Position numbers and translations under genes: made by a program
The notes under the pieces: generated by a model
The model's input: only the letters and a program-made list of their open reading frames with translations
The model's database searches: none
Told to the model about the DNA's origin: nothing
Shown here: positions 20,248 through 29,397 of the stretch, piece by piece
Numbering within the stretch: the stretch's first letter is position 1
How the letters are laid out: every line of letters begins with the position of its first letter
Assembly (NCBI RefSeq): GCF_000006765.1
Contig: NC_002516.2
DNA from: Pseudomonas aeruginosa PAO1
GTDB lineage: Bacteria; Pseudomonadota; Gammaproteobacteria; Pseudomonadales; Pseudomonadaceae
DNA: 64,000 nt
Direction: 5' to 3' (one strand)

Positions 20248-20868
20248 TTACCAGGCCTGGTTGAAGTGGAAGCCCTGCCTGGGCGAGAAGCGGGTGTTGA
20301 CGAGCTTGTAGCCTTCCTCGCCGCGTGGCTTGACCAGCGAGACCTGGCCGACCTGCGGTTGGGTGATCTGTTGCAGGGTGGTCAGGCTGGCCTGCTTGAG
20401 CACCTCGGGGTTCTTCGCCCAGTCCTTCACTTCGCGTGGCTTGACCTCGACGGTGACCAACCAGCCCTTTTCCACGGCCGGGCCGTAGTCGTCGGGCTTG
20501 GCGGGGTCCACCGAACGGACGCTGACGTCGAAGCCGCTGCTGTAGCAGAAGGCCTTCGACTCGGGCTTGTAGTCCTCGCGGCCGGCGGGCGTGAGGTCGT
20601 AGGAATCGCCGTCGCGGCGCAGCAGGCCGACGCCGACCAGCGCGTCGTAGACCGCGGCGTTGCCTTTCGCCGGGCCGGGGCCGGAGAAGCTGTCGGAGAG
20701 CGTCACCGGGAACGTCTTGAACAGGGTGGAGCTGGCGCAGGCGGGTTTGTCGAAGCCGCGCTCGGCGAGCAGGCGGGCGATCTCCTCGCTGGACGGAGCG
20801 GAGTCCGAGCAGGCGGCGAGGAACAGTGGGAGGGCGGCGACGAGGCCGCGCAGAACGCGTGTAGGCAT
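20248..20868 (-). CDS. Hypothetical lipoprotein
   Basis: 206 aa, lipobox LAAC after a hydrophobic signal; AAGGA RBS. Confidence 0.82.
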   Translation of the reverse strand: MPTRVLRGLVAALPLFLAACSDSAPSSEEIARLLAERGFDKPACASSTLFKTFPVTLSDSFSGPGPAKGNAAVYDALVGVGLLRRDGDSYDLTPAGREDYKPESKAFCYSSGFDVSVRSVDPAKPDDYGPAVEKGWLVTVEVKPREVKDWAKNPEVLKQASLTTLQQITQPQVGQVSLVKPRGEEGYKLVNTRFSPRQGFHFNQAW

Positions 20869-20968
20869 GGGCATGTCCTTTGTCCATTGGCGCAGCCGGA
20901 TCGGCTGCGCGGCGAATTCTAGCGGCTGTGGCACCATGGGCGCACATTCGACCCAAGGAGGAGAACCC

Positions 20969-21469
20969 ATGCGCCTGCCTGCGAACCTCGGCCGCCTGCT
21001 GCCGGCCCTGTGCCTGGGCGTCCTGTTGAGCGCCTGCAGCACCTTCGGCCAGCGCGATCCGTTGCGTATCGACCTGGTCGGCCTGGAACCCCTGCCGGGG
21101 CAAGGCATGGAGATGCGCTTCATGGTCAAGCTGCGGGTACAGAACCCCAACGACGAGCCGATCGAATACAACGGCATCGCCCTCGACCTCGACGTCAACG
21201 GCCAGCCCCTGGCCAGCGGCGTCAGCGACCAGACCGGCGAGGTGCCGCGCTTCGGCGAGCGGGTGGTGAGCGTGCCGCTGACCGTCTCCGCCTTTTCCGC
21301 CTTCCGCCAGGCCTGGGGCCTGAGCAACAACGCTCCGACCCAGGGCATGCCCTACGTGGTGAAGGGCAAGCTCGCCGGAGGCCTGTTCGGCACCGTGCGC
21401 TTCAGCGAAAAGGGCACCCTCGACTTCTCCGGGCCGGCCGTCGGCGCGCCGAAGACCAAGGGGCTCTGA
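20969..21469 (+). CDS. LEA type 2 (WHy) domain lipoprotein
   Basis: Lipobox LSAC and LRVQNPNDEPIEYNGIALDLDVNGQPLASG pattern. Confidence 0.88.
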   Translation: MRLPANLGRLLPALCLGVLLSACSTFGQRDPLRIDLVGLEPLPGQGMEMRFMVKLRVQNPNDEPIEYNGIALDLDVNGQPLASGVSDQTGEVPRFGERVVSVPLTVSAFSAFRQAWGLSNNAPTQGMPYVVKGKLAGGLFGTVRFSEKGTLDFSGPAVGAPKTKGL

Positions 21470-21541
21470 GGCGGTTCGGCAGGGGAGCGAGAAACCCTAT
21501 ATAATCTGCGGTTTTCGTCCCCCTGCTGAAGAGAGAATGCC

Positions 21542-21883
21542 GTGAGCACGCTGCCGCCCTGTCCCCAATGCAACTCCGAATACACCTACGAGGATGGTGC
21601 GCTGCTGGTCTGCCCGGAGTGCGCCCATGAATGGTCGCCGAACGAGGCCGCTACGGCGTCCGATGATGGCAAGGTGATCAAGGATTCGGTGGGCAACGTT
21701 CTCCAGGACGGCGATACCATCACCGTGATCAAGGACCTGAAAGTGAAAGGCTCCTCGCTGGTGGTGAAGGTCGGCACCAAGGTGAAGAACATCCGCTTGG
21801 TGGACGGCGACCACGACATCGATTGCAAGATCGACGGCATTGGCGCGATGAAGCTGAAATCGGAATTCGTCAGGAAGGTCTGA
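21542..21883 (+). CDS. phnA: PhnA/YjdM family zinc-ribbon protein
   Basis: CPQC..EYTYEDG..LVCPEC.HEW and [12 protein letters not shown]...[10 protein letters not shown] motifs; GTG start. Confidence 0.92.
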   Translation: MSTLPPCPQCNSEYTYEDGALLVCPECAHEWSPNEAATASDDGKVIKDSVGNVLQDGDTITVIKDLKVKGSSLVVKVGTKVKNIRLVDGDHDIDCKIDGIGAMKLKSEFVRKV

Positions 21884-21900
21884 GACGACCTTGCCTGAAG

Positions 21901-21929
21901 AAGCCCGGCCATTGGCCGGGCTTTTCTTT
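21901..21929 (+). terminator. Intrinsic terminator between convergent phnA and bauD
   Basis: AAGCCCGGCC-ATT-GGCCGGGCTT followed by TTCTTT. Confidence 0.8.
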
Positions 21930-21964
21930 GGAGGGCTGTCTGGGTTCTTCCCCCGGTGGTGGAC

Positions 21965-23392
21965 TCAGACCCGCGCCGTCTTCCCGGCGTAGTCCTCGCC
22001 GAGGCGCGGCTTGCGTCGCGCGTTGAGCAGCCCGAGGCAGACGGTGAAGATCGTCAGCAGAGCGGTGGCGAACACCTCGTGTCGGTGCTCCGGCATGATC
22101 AGCATGATGCTCAGCGCGGCGACGATGAACAGGATCACCGCCCAGGTCAGCCAGGGATATAGCCACATACGGAACTCGATGGGCTGGCCGCTGGCCTGCA
22201 ATTGCTTGCGCATGCGCAACTGGGCCACGGCGATCACCAGGTACACCAGTAGCGCCACGGCGCCGGAGCTGGCGAGGAGGAAGGTGAAGACCTTCTCCGG
22301 TGCGAAGTAGTTGACGATGGTGGTGAGGAAGCCCACCGCGGTGCTGGCCAGCACCGCCGGGCGTGGTACGTGGGCGGTGTTGGTCAGCTTGAGCACGCTC
22401 GGGGCGTCGCCGCGCTTGGCCAGGGAGAAGACCATCCGCGACGAGGTGTAGATCGCCGAGTTCAGGCAACTGGCCACGGCGACCAGTACCACCAGGTCGA
22501 CGATCAGCTTGGCGTGCGGGATGTCCAGCAGCTCCAGGGCGCGCTGGTAGGAGCCGACCTGGATCAGCAGCGGGTCGTTCCACGGCACGATGGAGATCAC
22601 AATGAAGATCGACACCAGGTAGAACAGGCCGATCCGCCAGATCACCGAGTTGGTGGCGCGGGTGATCTGCTTCGCCGGGTCCTTGGACTCGGCGGCGGCG
22701 ATGGTGACGATCTCGGTGCCCATGAAGCTGAACATGGTCGTCAGCAGGGCGCCGAGCACCGCGCCGTAGCCGTTCGGCACGAAGCCGCCGTGGCTCGCCA
22801 TCAGGCTGGACAGGCCGCTGACCTCACGCTCCGGCAGGCCGCCGACGATGGCCACCGCGCCGAGCACGATGAAGGCGATGATGGCGATCACCTTGAGCAG
22901 CGCGAACCAGAACTCGAACTCGCCGTAGCGGGCCACGCTGAAGAGGTTGGTGACGGTGAGCAGGAAGGTCACCGCGAGGGCGAAGATCCAGGTGTCGATG
23001 GCCGGGAACCAGGCGTTGAGGATGGCCGCGGCGGCGATCGCTTCGAGTGGGATCACCAGCACCCAGAACCACCAGTAGAGCCAGCCGATGGTGAAACCGG
23101 CCCAGCGGCCGATGGAGCGGTCGGCGTAGGTGGAGAAGGAACCGGTATCGGGGGAGGCGACCGCCATTTCGCCGAGCATGCGCATGACCAGCACCACCAG
23201 GGTGCCGGCGATCAGGTAGGCGAGCAGGGCGGCCGGGCCGGCGGCGGCGATGGCATGGCCGGAGCCGACGAACAGGCCGGCGCCGATCACCCCGGCGATC
23301 GACAGCATGGTGACGTGGCGTTGTTTCAGGCCGGGCGCGAGCGAGGCGTTGCGCTTGTTCGGCAGTTGTGAAGCCAGTACGACTTTGGACAT
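21965..23392 (-). CDS. bauD: APC family amino acid (beta-alanine/GABA) permease
   Basis: LKQRHVTMLSIAGVIGAGLFVGSG and YGEFEFWFALLKV motifs; clustered with the bau genes. Confidence 0.9.
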   Translation of the reverse strand: MSKVVLASQLPNKRNASLAPGLKQRHVTMLSIAGVIGAGLFVGSGHAIAAAGPAALLAYLIAGTLVVLVMRMLGEMAVASPDTGSFSTYADRSIGRWAGFTIGWLYWWFWVLVIPLEAIAAAAILNAWFPAIDTWIFALAVTFLLTVTNLFSVARYGEFEFWFALLKVIAIIAFIVLGAVAIVGGLPEREVSGLSSLMASHGGFVPNGYGAVLGALLTTMFSFMGTEIVTIAAAESKDPAKQITRATNSVIWRIGLFYLVSIFIVISIVPWNDPLLIQVGSYQRALELLDIPHAKLIVDLVVLVAVASCLNSAIYTSSRMVFSLAKRGDAPSVLKLTNTAHVPRPAVLASTAVGFLTTIVNYFAPEKVFTFLLASSGAVALLVYLVIAVAQLRMRKQLQASGQPIEFRMWLYPWLTWAVILFIVAALSIMLIMPEHRHEVFATALLTIFTVCLGLLNARRKPRLGEDYAGKTARV

Positions 23393-23509
23393 CGTTGAGA
23401 CCCTTTAATTGTTCTTGGGCAAGGTCTGGGCCGCCTTGTGGGCGACGCCATGGGTGCGGCCGTGGGTGAGGTTTCACGGCGGTGGAACGTTGCGGACTCC
23501 TGATTGCGG

Positions 23510-23546
23510 AAAAAGAAAAAAGGCATGGTCGTTACCGACCATGCCT
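23510..23546 (-). terminator. Intrinsic terminator after bauC
   Basis: 11-bp stem AGGCATGGTCG-TTAC-CGACCATGCCT with a T-rich tail on the minus strand. Confidence 0.8.
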
Positions 23547-23560
23547 GTCGTCGTCAGCCT

Positions 23561-25054
23561 TCAGAGGCTGGGGAAGGCGAATTGCGAGGCCTCGTGGCTG
23601 GCCCGCTGCGGCCAGCGCTGGGTGATGGCCTTGCGCCGGGTGTAGAAGCGCACGCCGTCCGGGCCGTAGGCGTGGAGGTCGCCGAACAGCGAGCGCTTCC
23701 AGCCGCCGAAGCTGTGGTAGGCCACCGGCACCGGCAGCGGGACGTTGACGCCGACCATGCCGACCTCGATCTCGTCGCAGAACAGGCGTGCGGCCTCGCC
23801 GTCGCGGGTGAAGATGCAGGTGCCGTTGCCGTATTCGTGGTCGTTGATCAACTGCATGGCCTCTTCCAGGCTGTTGACGCGAACCACGCACAGCACCGGG
23901 CCGAAGATCTCTTCCTTGTAGATGGTCATTTCCGGGGTCACCCGGTCGAACAGGCTGCCGCCGAGGAAGAAGCCGTTCTCGTGGCCGGCGACCTGGTAGC
24001 CGCGGCCGTCCACCACCAGCTCCGCGCCCTGGGCCACGCCGCTGTCGATGTAGCCGGTGACCTTGGCCTGCGCGGCGGCAGTGACCAGCGGGCCCATGTC
24101 GAGGCCGCAGGAAGTGCCGGCGCCGATCTTCAGCGCCTTGATCTGCGGAACCAGCTTGGCGATCAGCGCGTCGGCCACCTGGTCGCCGACGCATACCGCC
24201 ACCGAGATCGCCATGCAGCGCTCGCCGCAGGAGCCGTAGGCGGCACCCATCAACGCGCTGACGGCGTTGTCGAGGTCGGCGTCGGGCATCAGCACCGCAT
24301 GGTTCTTCGCGCCGCCCAGGGCCTGCACGCGCTTGCCGCGCTTGGTGCCCTCGGCATAGATGTATTCGGCGATGGGGGTCGAGCCGACGAAGCTGATGGC
24401 TTTCACTTCCGGCGCCTGGAGCAAGCCGTCCACGGCTTCCTTGTCGCCGTGCACCACGTTCAGCACGCCCTTCGGCAGGCCGGCTTCGTGGAACAGCTCG
24501 GCGATCAGCAGGGTGGAGCTGGGGTCGCGCTCGGAGGGCTTGAGGATGAAGGTGTTGCCGCAGGCGATGGCCAGCGGGTACATCCACAGCGGCACCATCG
24601 CCGGGAAGTTGAACGGGGTGATCCCGGCGACCACGCCGATCGGCTGGAAGTCGCTCCAGGCGTCGATGTTCGGGCCGACGTTGCGGCTGTACTCGCCCTT
24701 GAGGATTTCCGGGGCGGCGCAGGCGTACTCGACGTTCTCGATGCCGCGCTTGAGTTCGCCGGCGGCGTCTTCCAGGGTCTTGCCGTGCTCTTCGCTGATC
24801 AGCTTGGAAATCCGCGCCTCGTTCTGCTCCAGCAGTTGCTTGAAGCGGTACAGCACCTGTGCACGCTTGGCCGGCGGGGTGTTGCGCCAGGCCGGGAAAG
24901 CGGCCCTGGCGGCATCGATGGCTTTCTGCAGGGTCTTGCCGTCGGCCAGCGGGACCTTGTGGATGGCTTCGCCGGTGGAGGGGTTGAAGACGTCGGCGCT
25001 GCGGCCGTTGTCGGCGACCATTTCGCCGTTGATCAGGTGGTGGAGGGTGCCCAT
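23561..25054 (-). CDS. bauC: CoA-acylating malonate/methylmalonate semialdehyde dehydrogenase
   Basis: ITPFNFPAMVPLW, LKPSERDP, GGAKNH, GERCMA and EEIFGPV motifs. Confidence 0.93.
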   Translation of the reverse strand: MGTLHHLINGEMVADNGRSADVFNPSTGEAIHKVPLADGKTLQKAIDAARAAFPAWRNTPPAKRAQVLYRFKQLLEQNEARISKLISEEHGKTLEDAAGELKRGIENVEYACAAPEILKGEYSRNVGPNIDAWSDFQPIGVVAGITPFNFPAMVPLWMYPLAIACGNTFILKPSERDPSSTLLIAELFHEAGLPKGVLNVVHGDKEAVDGLLQAPEVKAISFVGSTPIAEYIYAEGTKRGKRVQALGGAKNHAVLMPDADLDNAVSALMGAAYGSCGERCMAISVAVCVGDQVADALIAKLVPQIKALKIGAGTSCGLDMGPLVTAAAQAKVTGYIDSGVAQGAELVVDGRGYQVAGHENGFFLGGSLFDRVTPEMTIYKEEIFGPVLCVVRVNSLEEAMQLINDHEYGNGTCIFTRDGEAARLFCDEIEVGMVGVNVPLPVPVAYHSFGGWKRSLFGDLHAYGPDGVRFYTRRKAITQRWPQRASHEASQFAFPSL

Positions 25055-25085
25055 CTTGTCTTGTTCTCTCTTCGCTAGGGGTGAC

Positions 25086-25132
25086 GAAAGGGCCGTGGCC
25101 CTTTCCCTTTACCCGCTCCCTGGGGAGCGGGT
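25086..25132. repeat. Two adjacent GC-rich hairpins between bauB and bauC
   Basis: GAAAGGGCC-GT-GGCCCTTTC and ACCCGCTCC-CTGG-GGAGCGGGT. Confidence 0.5.
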
Positions 25133-25137
25133 GCGGA

Positions 25138-25425
25138 TTACTTGATCTCGGTCTCGACGAAGACCACTTCGTGTGCGCTGGCGTTGATCACGTTGTGCTC
25201 GACGCCGGCCTTGCGGAAGTAGGCCTGTCCGGCGACCAGCGGCGCGTGGCGGTCGCCCTCGGGGGTTTCCAGCAGCAGCGTGCCGTCGGTCAGCGGTACC
25301 ACCACATAGTCGTGGCCGTGGCGGTGGCGCCCGGTTTCCGCGCCGGGGGCGAAGCGCCATTCGGTCACGATCACCTCGGCGTTGTCCACCTGCACGGTGG
25401 GTACGGCTTGCGGGCGGCCGCTCAT
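25138..25425 (-). CDS. bauB: Small cupin protein
   Basis: 95 aa, TGRHRHGHDYVVVP...GVEHNV cupin motif; translationally coupled to bauA. Confidence 0.88.
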   Translation of the reverse strand: MSGRPQAVPTVQVDNAEVIVTEWRFAPGAETGRHRHGHDYVVVPLTDGTLLLETPEGDRHAPLVAGQAYFRKAGVEHNVINASAHEVVFVETEIK

Positions 25426-26771
25426 CAGGCGATGCCGTTGAGCGCTTCGCCGACCGCGTCGAACAGGCGGTCCAGCTCTTCCGGCCTGGCGTTGAAGGTC
25501 GGGCCGAATTGCAGGGTATCGCCGCCGAAGCGCACGTAGAAACCCTGTTGCCAGAGCTTCATGCCGGCCTCGAACGGACGCACGGTCGGATCGCCGTCGC
25601 GCGGGGCGATCTGGATCGCGCCGGCCAGGCCGCAGTTGCGGATGTCGATGACGTTCTTCGCGCCTTGCAGGCCGTGCAGGCCCTTCTCGAAGTGCGGCGC
25701 CAGCTCGGCGGACTGCTGCACCAGGTTGTCCCTGGCCAGGATGTCCAGCGCGGCGAGGCCGGCGGCGCAGGCGACCGGGTGCGCGGAGTAGGTGTAGCCG
25801 TGGCTGAACTCCACCGCGTGCTCGGGCAGCGCCTGGTTCATGAAGGTGTCGTAGATCTCGCTGCTGGCGATCACCGCGCCCATCGGCACGGCGCCGTTGG
25901 TGACCTGCTTGGCGACGTTCATCAGGTCCGGGGTGACGCCGAAGTACTCGGCGCCGCTGTAGGTGCCCAGGCGGCCGAAGGCGGTGATCACCTCGTCGAA
26001 GATCAGCAGGATGTTGTGCTGGTCGCAGATCTCGCGCAGGCGCTGCAGGTAGCCGACCGGCGGTACCAGTACGCCGGCGGAGCCGGACATCGGCTCGACG
26101 ATCACCGCGGCGATGTTCGAGGCGTCGTGCAGTTCGATCAGCTTGAGCAGCTCGTTGGCCAGCTCGACGCCGCCGGTCTGGGCCATCCCGCGGGTGAACG
26201 CCATGCCCGGTTGAAGGGTGTGCGGCAGATGGTCGACGTCCATCAGCTGGCCGAACATCTTGCGGTTGCCACCGATCCCGCCGAGGCTGGTGCCGGCGAC
26301 GTTGACCCCGTGGTAGCCGCGGGCGCGGCCGATCAGCTTGGTCTTCTGCGGCTGGCCTTTCAGGCGCCAGTAGGCGCGGGCCATCTTGATCGAGGTGTCG
26401 GCGCACTCGGAGCCGGAACCGGTGAAGAACACGTGGTTCAGTTCGCCTGGCAGCAACCCGGCGATCTTCTCGGCCAACTGGAAGGACAGCGGATGGCCGT
26501 ACTGGAAGCCCGGCGAGTAGTCGAGGGTGCCGAGCTGGCGAGCCACCGCCTCCTGGATTTCCTTGCGCGAGTGGCCGGCGCCGCAGGTCCACAGGCCGGA
26601 CAGGCTGTCGTAGACCTTGCGGCCCTTGTCGTCGGTCAGCCAGCTGCCTTCGGCGGCGACGATGATCCGCGGGTCCTTCTGGAAGTTGCGGTTGGCGGAG
26701 AAGGGCATCCAGTGGGCGCGCAGGTTGAGTTCGCTGGAAACCGGCGGGGCCACGTTGAGCGGCTGGTTCAT
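25425..26771 (-). CDS. bauA: Beta-alanine:pyruvate (omega-amino acid) transaminase, class III
   Basis: DSLSGLWTCGAGH, IFDEVITAFGR and AKQVTNG (PLP lysine) motifs. Confidence 0.94.
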   Translation of the reverse strand: MNQPLNVAPPVSSELNLRAHWMPFSANRNFQKDPRIIVAAEGSWLTDDKGRKVYDSLSGLWTCGAGHSRKEIQEAVARQLGTLDYSPGFQYGHPLSFQLAEKIAGLLPGELNHVFFTGSGSECADTSIKMARAYWRLKGQPQKTKLIGRARGYHGVNVAGTSLGGIGGNRKMFGQLMDVDHLPHTLQPGMAFTRGMAQTGGVELANELLKLIELHDASNIAAVIVEPMSGSAGVLVPPVGYLQRLREICDQHNILLIFDEVITAFGRLGTYSGAEYFGVTPDLMNVAKQVTNGAVPMGAVIASSEIYDTFMNQALPEHAVEFSHGYTYSAHPVACAAGLAALDILARDNLVQQSAELAPHFEKGLHGLQGAKNVIDIRNCGLAGAIQIAPRDGDPTVRPFEAGMKLWQQGFYVRFGGDTLQFGPTFNARPEELDRLFDAVGEALNGIA

Positions 26772-26905
26772 CGTTCGATCCTCGGGCTTTCTTGTTGGAA
26801 GGTTCCGCGCACGCGGCGGCGGAGCGTTGGATCAAGCTTGGCCCTGACGAAAGGTTAGATAAAGCTTATTCTTCTCACGTTTAGTTTCGACTGGGTAAAA
26901 CAATA

Positions 26906-27823
26906 ATGGCCAAATCCCGCAACCCGTCGCTCGGCCAGGTCAGCGATTTCGATATCCGCCTGCTGCGCATCTTCAAGACCATCGTCGAGTGCGGCAGTTT
27001 CTCCGCCGCGGAGAGCACTCTCGGCCTCAGCCGCTCGGCGATCAGCCTGCACATGGGCGACCTGGAGAAGCGCCTGGGCATGCGCCTGTGCCAGCGCGGC
27101 CGCGCCGGCTTCGCCCTGACCGACGAGGGCCGCGAGGTCTATCGCGCGACCCAGACCCTGCTGGCGGCGCTGGAGGGGTTCCGCGCCGAGGTCAACGACC
27201 TGCACCAGCACCTGCGCGGCGAACTCAACATCGGCATCATCAACAACCTGGTGACCCTGCCGCAGATGCGCATCACCCACGCTCTCAGCGCGCTCAAGGG
27301 GCAGGGACCGCAGGTGCGGATCAACATCGGCATGACCACCCCCAACGAGATCGAACTGGGCGTGCTCGACGGCCACCTGCATGTCGGCGTGGTGCCGTTG
27401 ATCAGTCCGCTGTCGGGGCTCGAGTACCTGCCGCTGTATGACGAGCACGCGCAGCTCTATTGCAGCCGCGGCCACGCACTGTTCGAGCGCGCCGACGGCG
27501 ATATCGCGGTGGACGAGGTGCTCGCCGCGGACGCCGTGGCGCCCAGCTACCGCCTGCCCGCCGAAGCCCAGGCGCGCCACCAGGAGCTGAACAACAGCGC
27601 CAGCGCCTCGGACCGTGAGGGCATGGCATTCCTGATCCTGACCGGCAACTTCATCGGCTACCTGCCGTCGCACTACGCTGCCGACTGGGTCGCCGCCGGG
27701 ATGCTGCGGCCCCTGCTGCCGGAGCGTTTCCACTATGCCATCGCGCTGACCATCGTGACCCGCAAGGGACGCCGGCCGAACCTGGTGCTGGAGCGCTTCC
27801 TGGAGGCGGTGGCGGTGTCGTGA
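26906..27823 (+). CDS. bauR: LysR regulator of bau genes
   Basis: LysR HTH; divergent from bauA. Confidence 0.9.
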   Translation: MAKSRNPSLGQVSDFDIRLLRIFKTIVECGSFSAAESTLGLSRSAISLHMGDLEKRLGMRLCQRGRAGFALTDEGREVYRATQTLLAALEGFRAEVNDLHQHLRGELNIGIINNLVTLPQMRITHALSALKGQGPQVRINIGMTTPNEIELGVLDGHLHVGVVPLISPLSGLEYLPLYDEHAQLYCSRGHALFERADGDIAVDEVLAADAVAPSYRLPAEAQARHQELNNSASASDREGMAFLILTGNFIGYLPSHYAADWVAAGMLRPLLPERFHYAIALTIVTRKGRRPNLVLERFLEAVAVS

Positions 27824-27935
27824 GGGCGCGGATGGAGTAACGCGAGCTTCGGCCGCCCGCCGAACGGCGTCTTTTCTCTACGGCGCGAGGAGGTGGCATG
27901 CAGCGACGGGCCGAGCCAACGCGGGAAAGAGACTC

Positions 27936-29234
27936 TCACCCCTTCACATGGCGCCGCTCCCCCATCACCCAGGTCTCCGCCACCGCGCGGTCGTCGCCCA
28001 GGGTGTTCAGCACGAACAGGGTATCGGCCAGGCCGCGCGCATGCTCCATGCGCTGGGCGATCATCGGCGTGGCGGCCAGGTCGAGGGCGACGAAGTCGGC
28101 TTCGCGGCCGGGCAGGAAGTTACCGACCAGGCCGTCCAGGTCGAGCGCCCTGGCGCCGCCGAGGGTGGCCAGGTAGAGCGCCTGGAACGGATCGAGGCTG
28201 GTGCCGCGCAATTGCTGGATCTTGTAGGCGTCGGCGAGGTTGGCCAGCAGCGACAGGCTGGTGCCGCCGCCGACGTCGCTGCCGATGCCGACGCGGATGC
28301 CGTATTGCTGGGCGCGGCCAAGGTCGAACAGGCCGGAGCCGATGAACAGGTTGGAACTGGGACAGTGCGCCAGCGCCGCGTTCTTGTGCGCCAGGCAGCG
28401 GCATTCGCGTTCGGAGAGATGGATGCCATGGGCGAACACGCTGCGTTCGCCGACCAGGCCGGCGCGATGATAGACGTCCAGGTAGTCCTGCGCCTGGGGA
28501 AACAGCTCGCCGACCCAGGCGACTTCCTTGAGGTTCTCCGAAAGATGGGTGTGCAGGTAGACGCCGGGATACTCGTCCAGCAGGCGCGCCGCCGCGGCCA
28601 GTTGCTCGGGCGAGGAGGTCGGCGCGAAGCGCGGGGTGACCGCGTATTGCAGGCGCCCGTTGCCGTGCCAGCGCTCGATCAGCGCGCGGCTCTCGGCGTA
28701 GCCACTGGCCGCGGTATCGCACAGCGCCGGCGGCGCGTTGCGGTCCATCAGCACCTTGCCGGCGATCATCCGTAGGCGGCGCTTCTGCGCGGCCTGGAAG
28801 AATGCCTCGGCGGATACCGCATGGACCGTGCCGAACACCAGCGCGGTAGTGGTGCCGTGGCGCAGCAGTTCGTCGAGGAACAGCTCGGCCTGGGCGGCGG
28901 CGTAGCCGGCATCGGCAAAGCGCTGCTCGGCGGGAAAGGTGTGGGTTTCCAGCCAGTCCAGCAGTTGGGTGCCGTAGGAGGCGATCACTCCGAGTTGCGG
29001 GTAATGCACATGGCAATCGACGAAGCCGGGCAGCAGCAGGCGCTGCGGATGCTCCTCCAGCGGCAGGTCGGCGGGCAGTTGCGGCAGCAGGTAGGTTGCG
29101 TGATCGAGCGCGCGCACGTGGCCGTGTTCGATCCACAGCAGGCCGTCCTCGAAATACTCCCAGGCCTTGTCGCCGAGTTTCGCCGGGTCGCCGAGGAAAT
29201 GCAGGATCCGCCCGCGATGAGCCGAACTGCTCAT
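27936..29234 (-). CDS. guaD: Guanine deaminase
   Basis: PGFVDCHVHYPQ, VTPRFAPT, HTHLSEN, HCPSSNLFIGSG and GSDVGGG motifs. GGGAG RBS before ATG 29234. Confidence 0.92.
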   Translation of the reverse strand: MSSSAHRGRILHFLGDPAKLGDKAWEYFEDGLLWIEHGHVRALDHATYLLPQLPADLPLEEHPQRLLLPGFVDCHVHYPQLGVIASYGTQLLDWLETHTFPAEQRFADAGYAAAQAELFLDELLRHGTTTALVFGTVHAVSAEAFFQAAQKRRLRMIAGKVLMDRNAPPALCDTAASGYAESRALIERWHGNGRLQYAVTPRFAPTSSPEQLAAAARLLDEYPGVYLHTHLSENLKEVAWVGELFPQAQDYLDVYHRAGLVGERSVFAHGIHLSERECRCLAHKNAALAHCPSSNLFIGSGLFDLGRAQQYGIRVGIGSDVGGGTSLSLLANLADAYKIQQLRGTSLDPFQALYLATLGGARALDLDGLVGNFLPGREADFVALDLAATPMIAQRMEHARGLADTLFVLNTLGDDRAVAETWVMGERRHVKG

Positions 29235-29397
29235 CGCGCTCCCGCCGTGGTCGGAGTGCAGGATAAGTGGGGGGACGAAGTTGCCAGCAGGTACTGCATC
29301 GTTCATCTCCTCTGCTGCCGGAATGGCGCTTTCGCCTCTTTAGTCCGGGAAATCGACGGAAATATCCCGTCTTTGGCGCGTGATCTCGCTTCCGCCA

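Noticed and set aside
19380-20250. Prophage or genomic island around the TA pair
   Set aside because: There is no integrase, transposase, tRNA target or flanking direct repeat; only a short AT-rich spacer.
25138-26835. 565-aa ORF ending in the bauB cupin
   Set aside because: Only the last 95 codons are real; the rest is an alternative frame of bauA.
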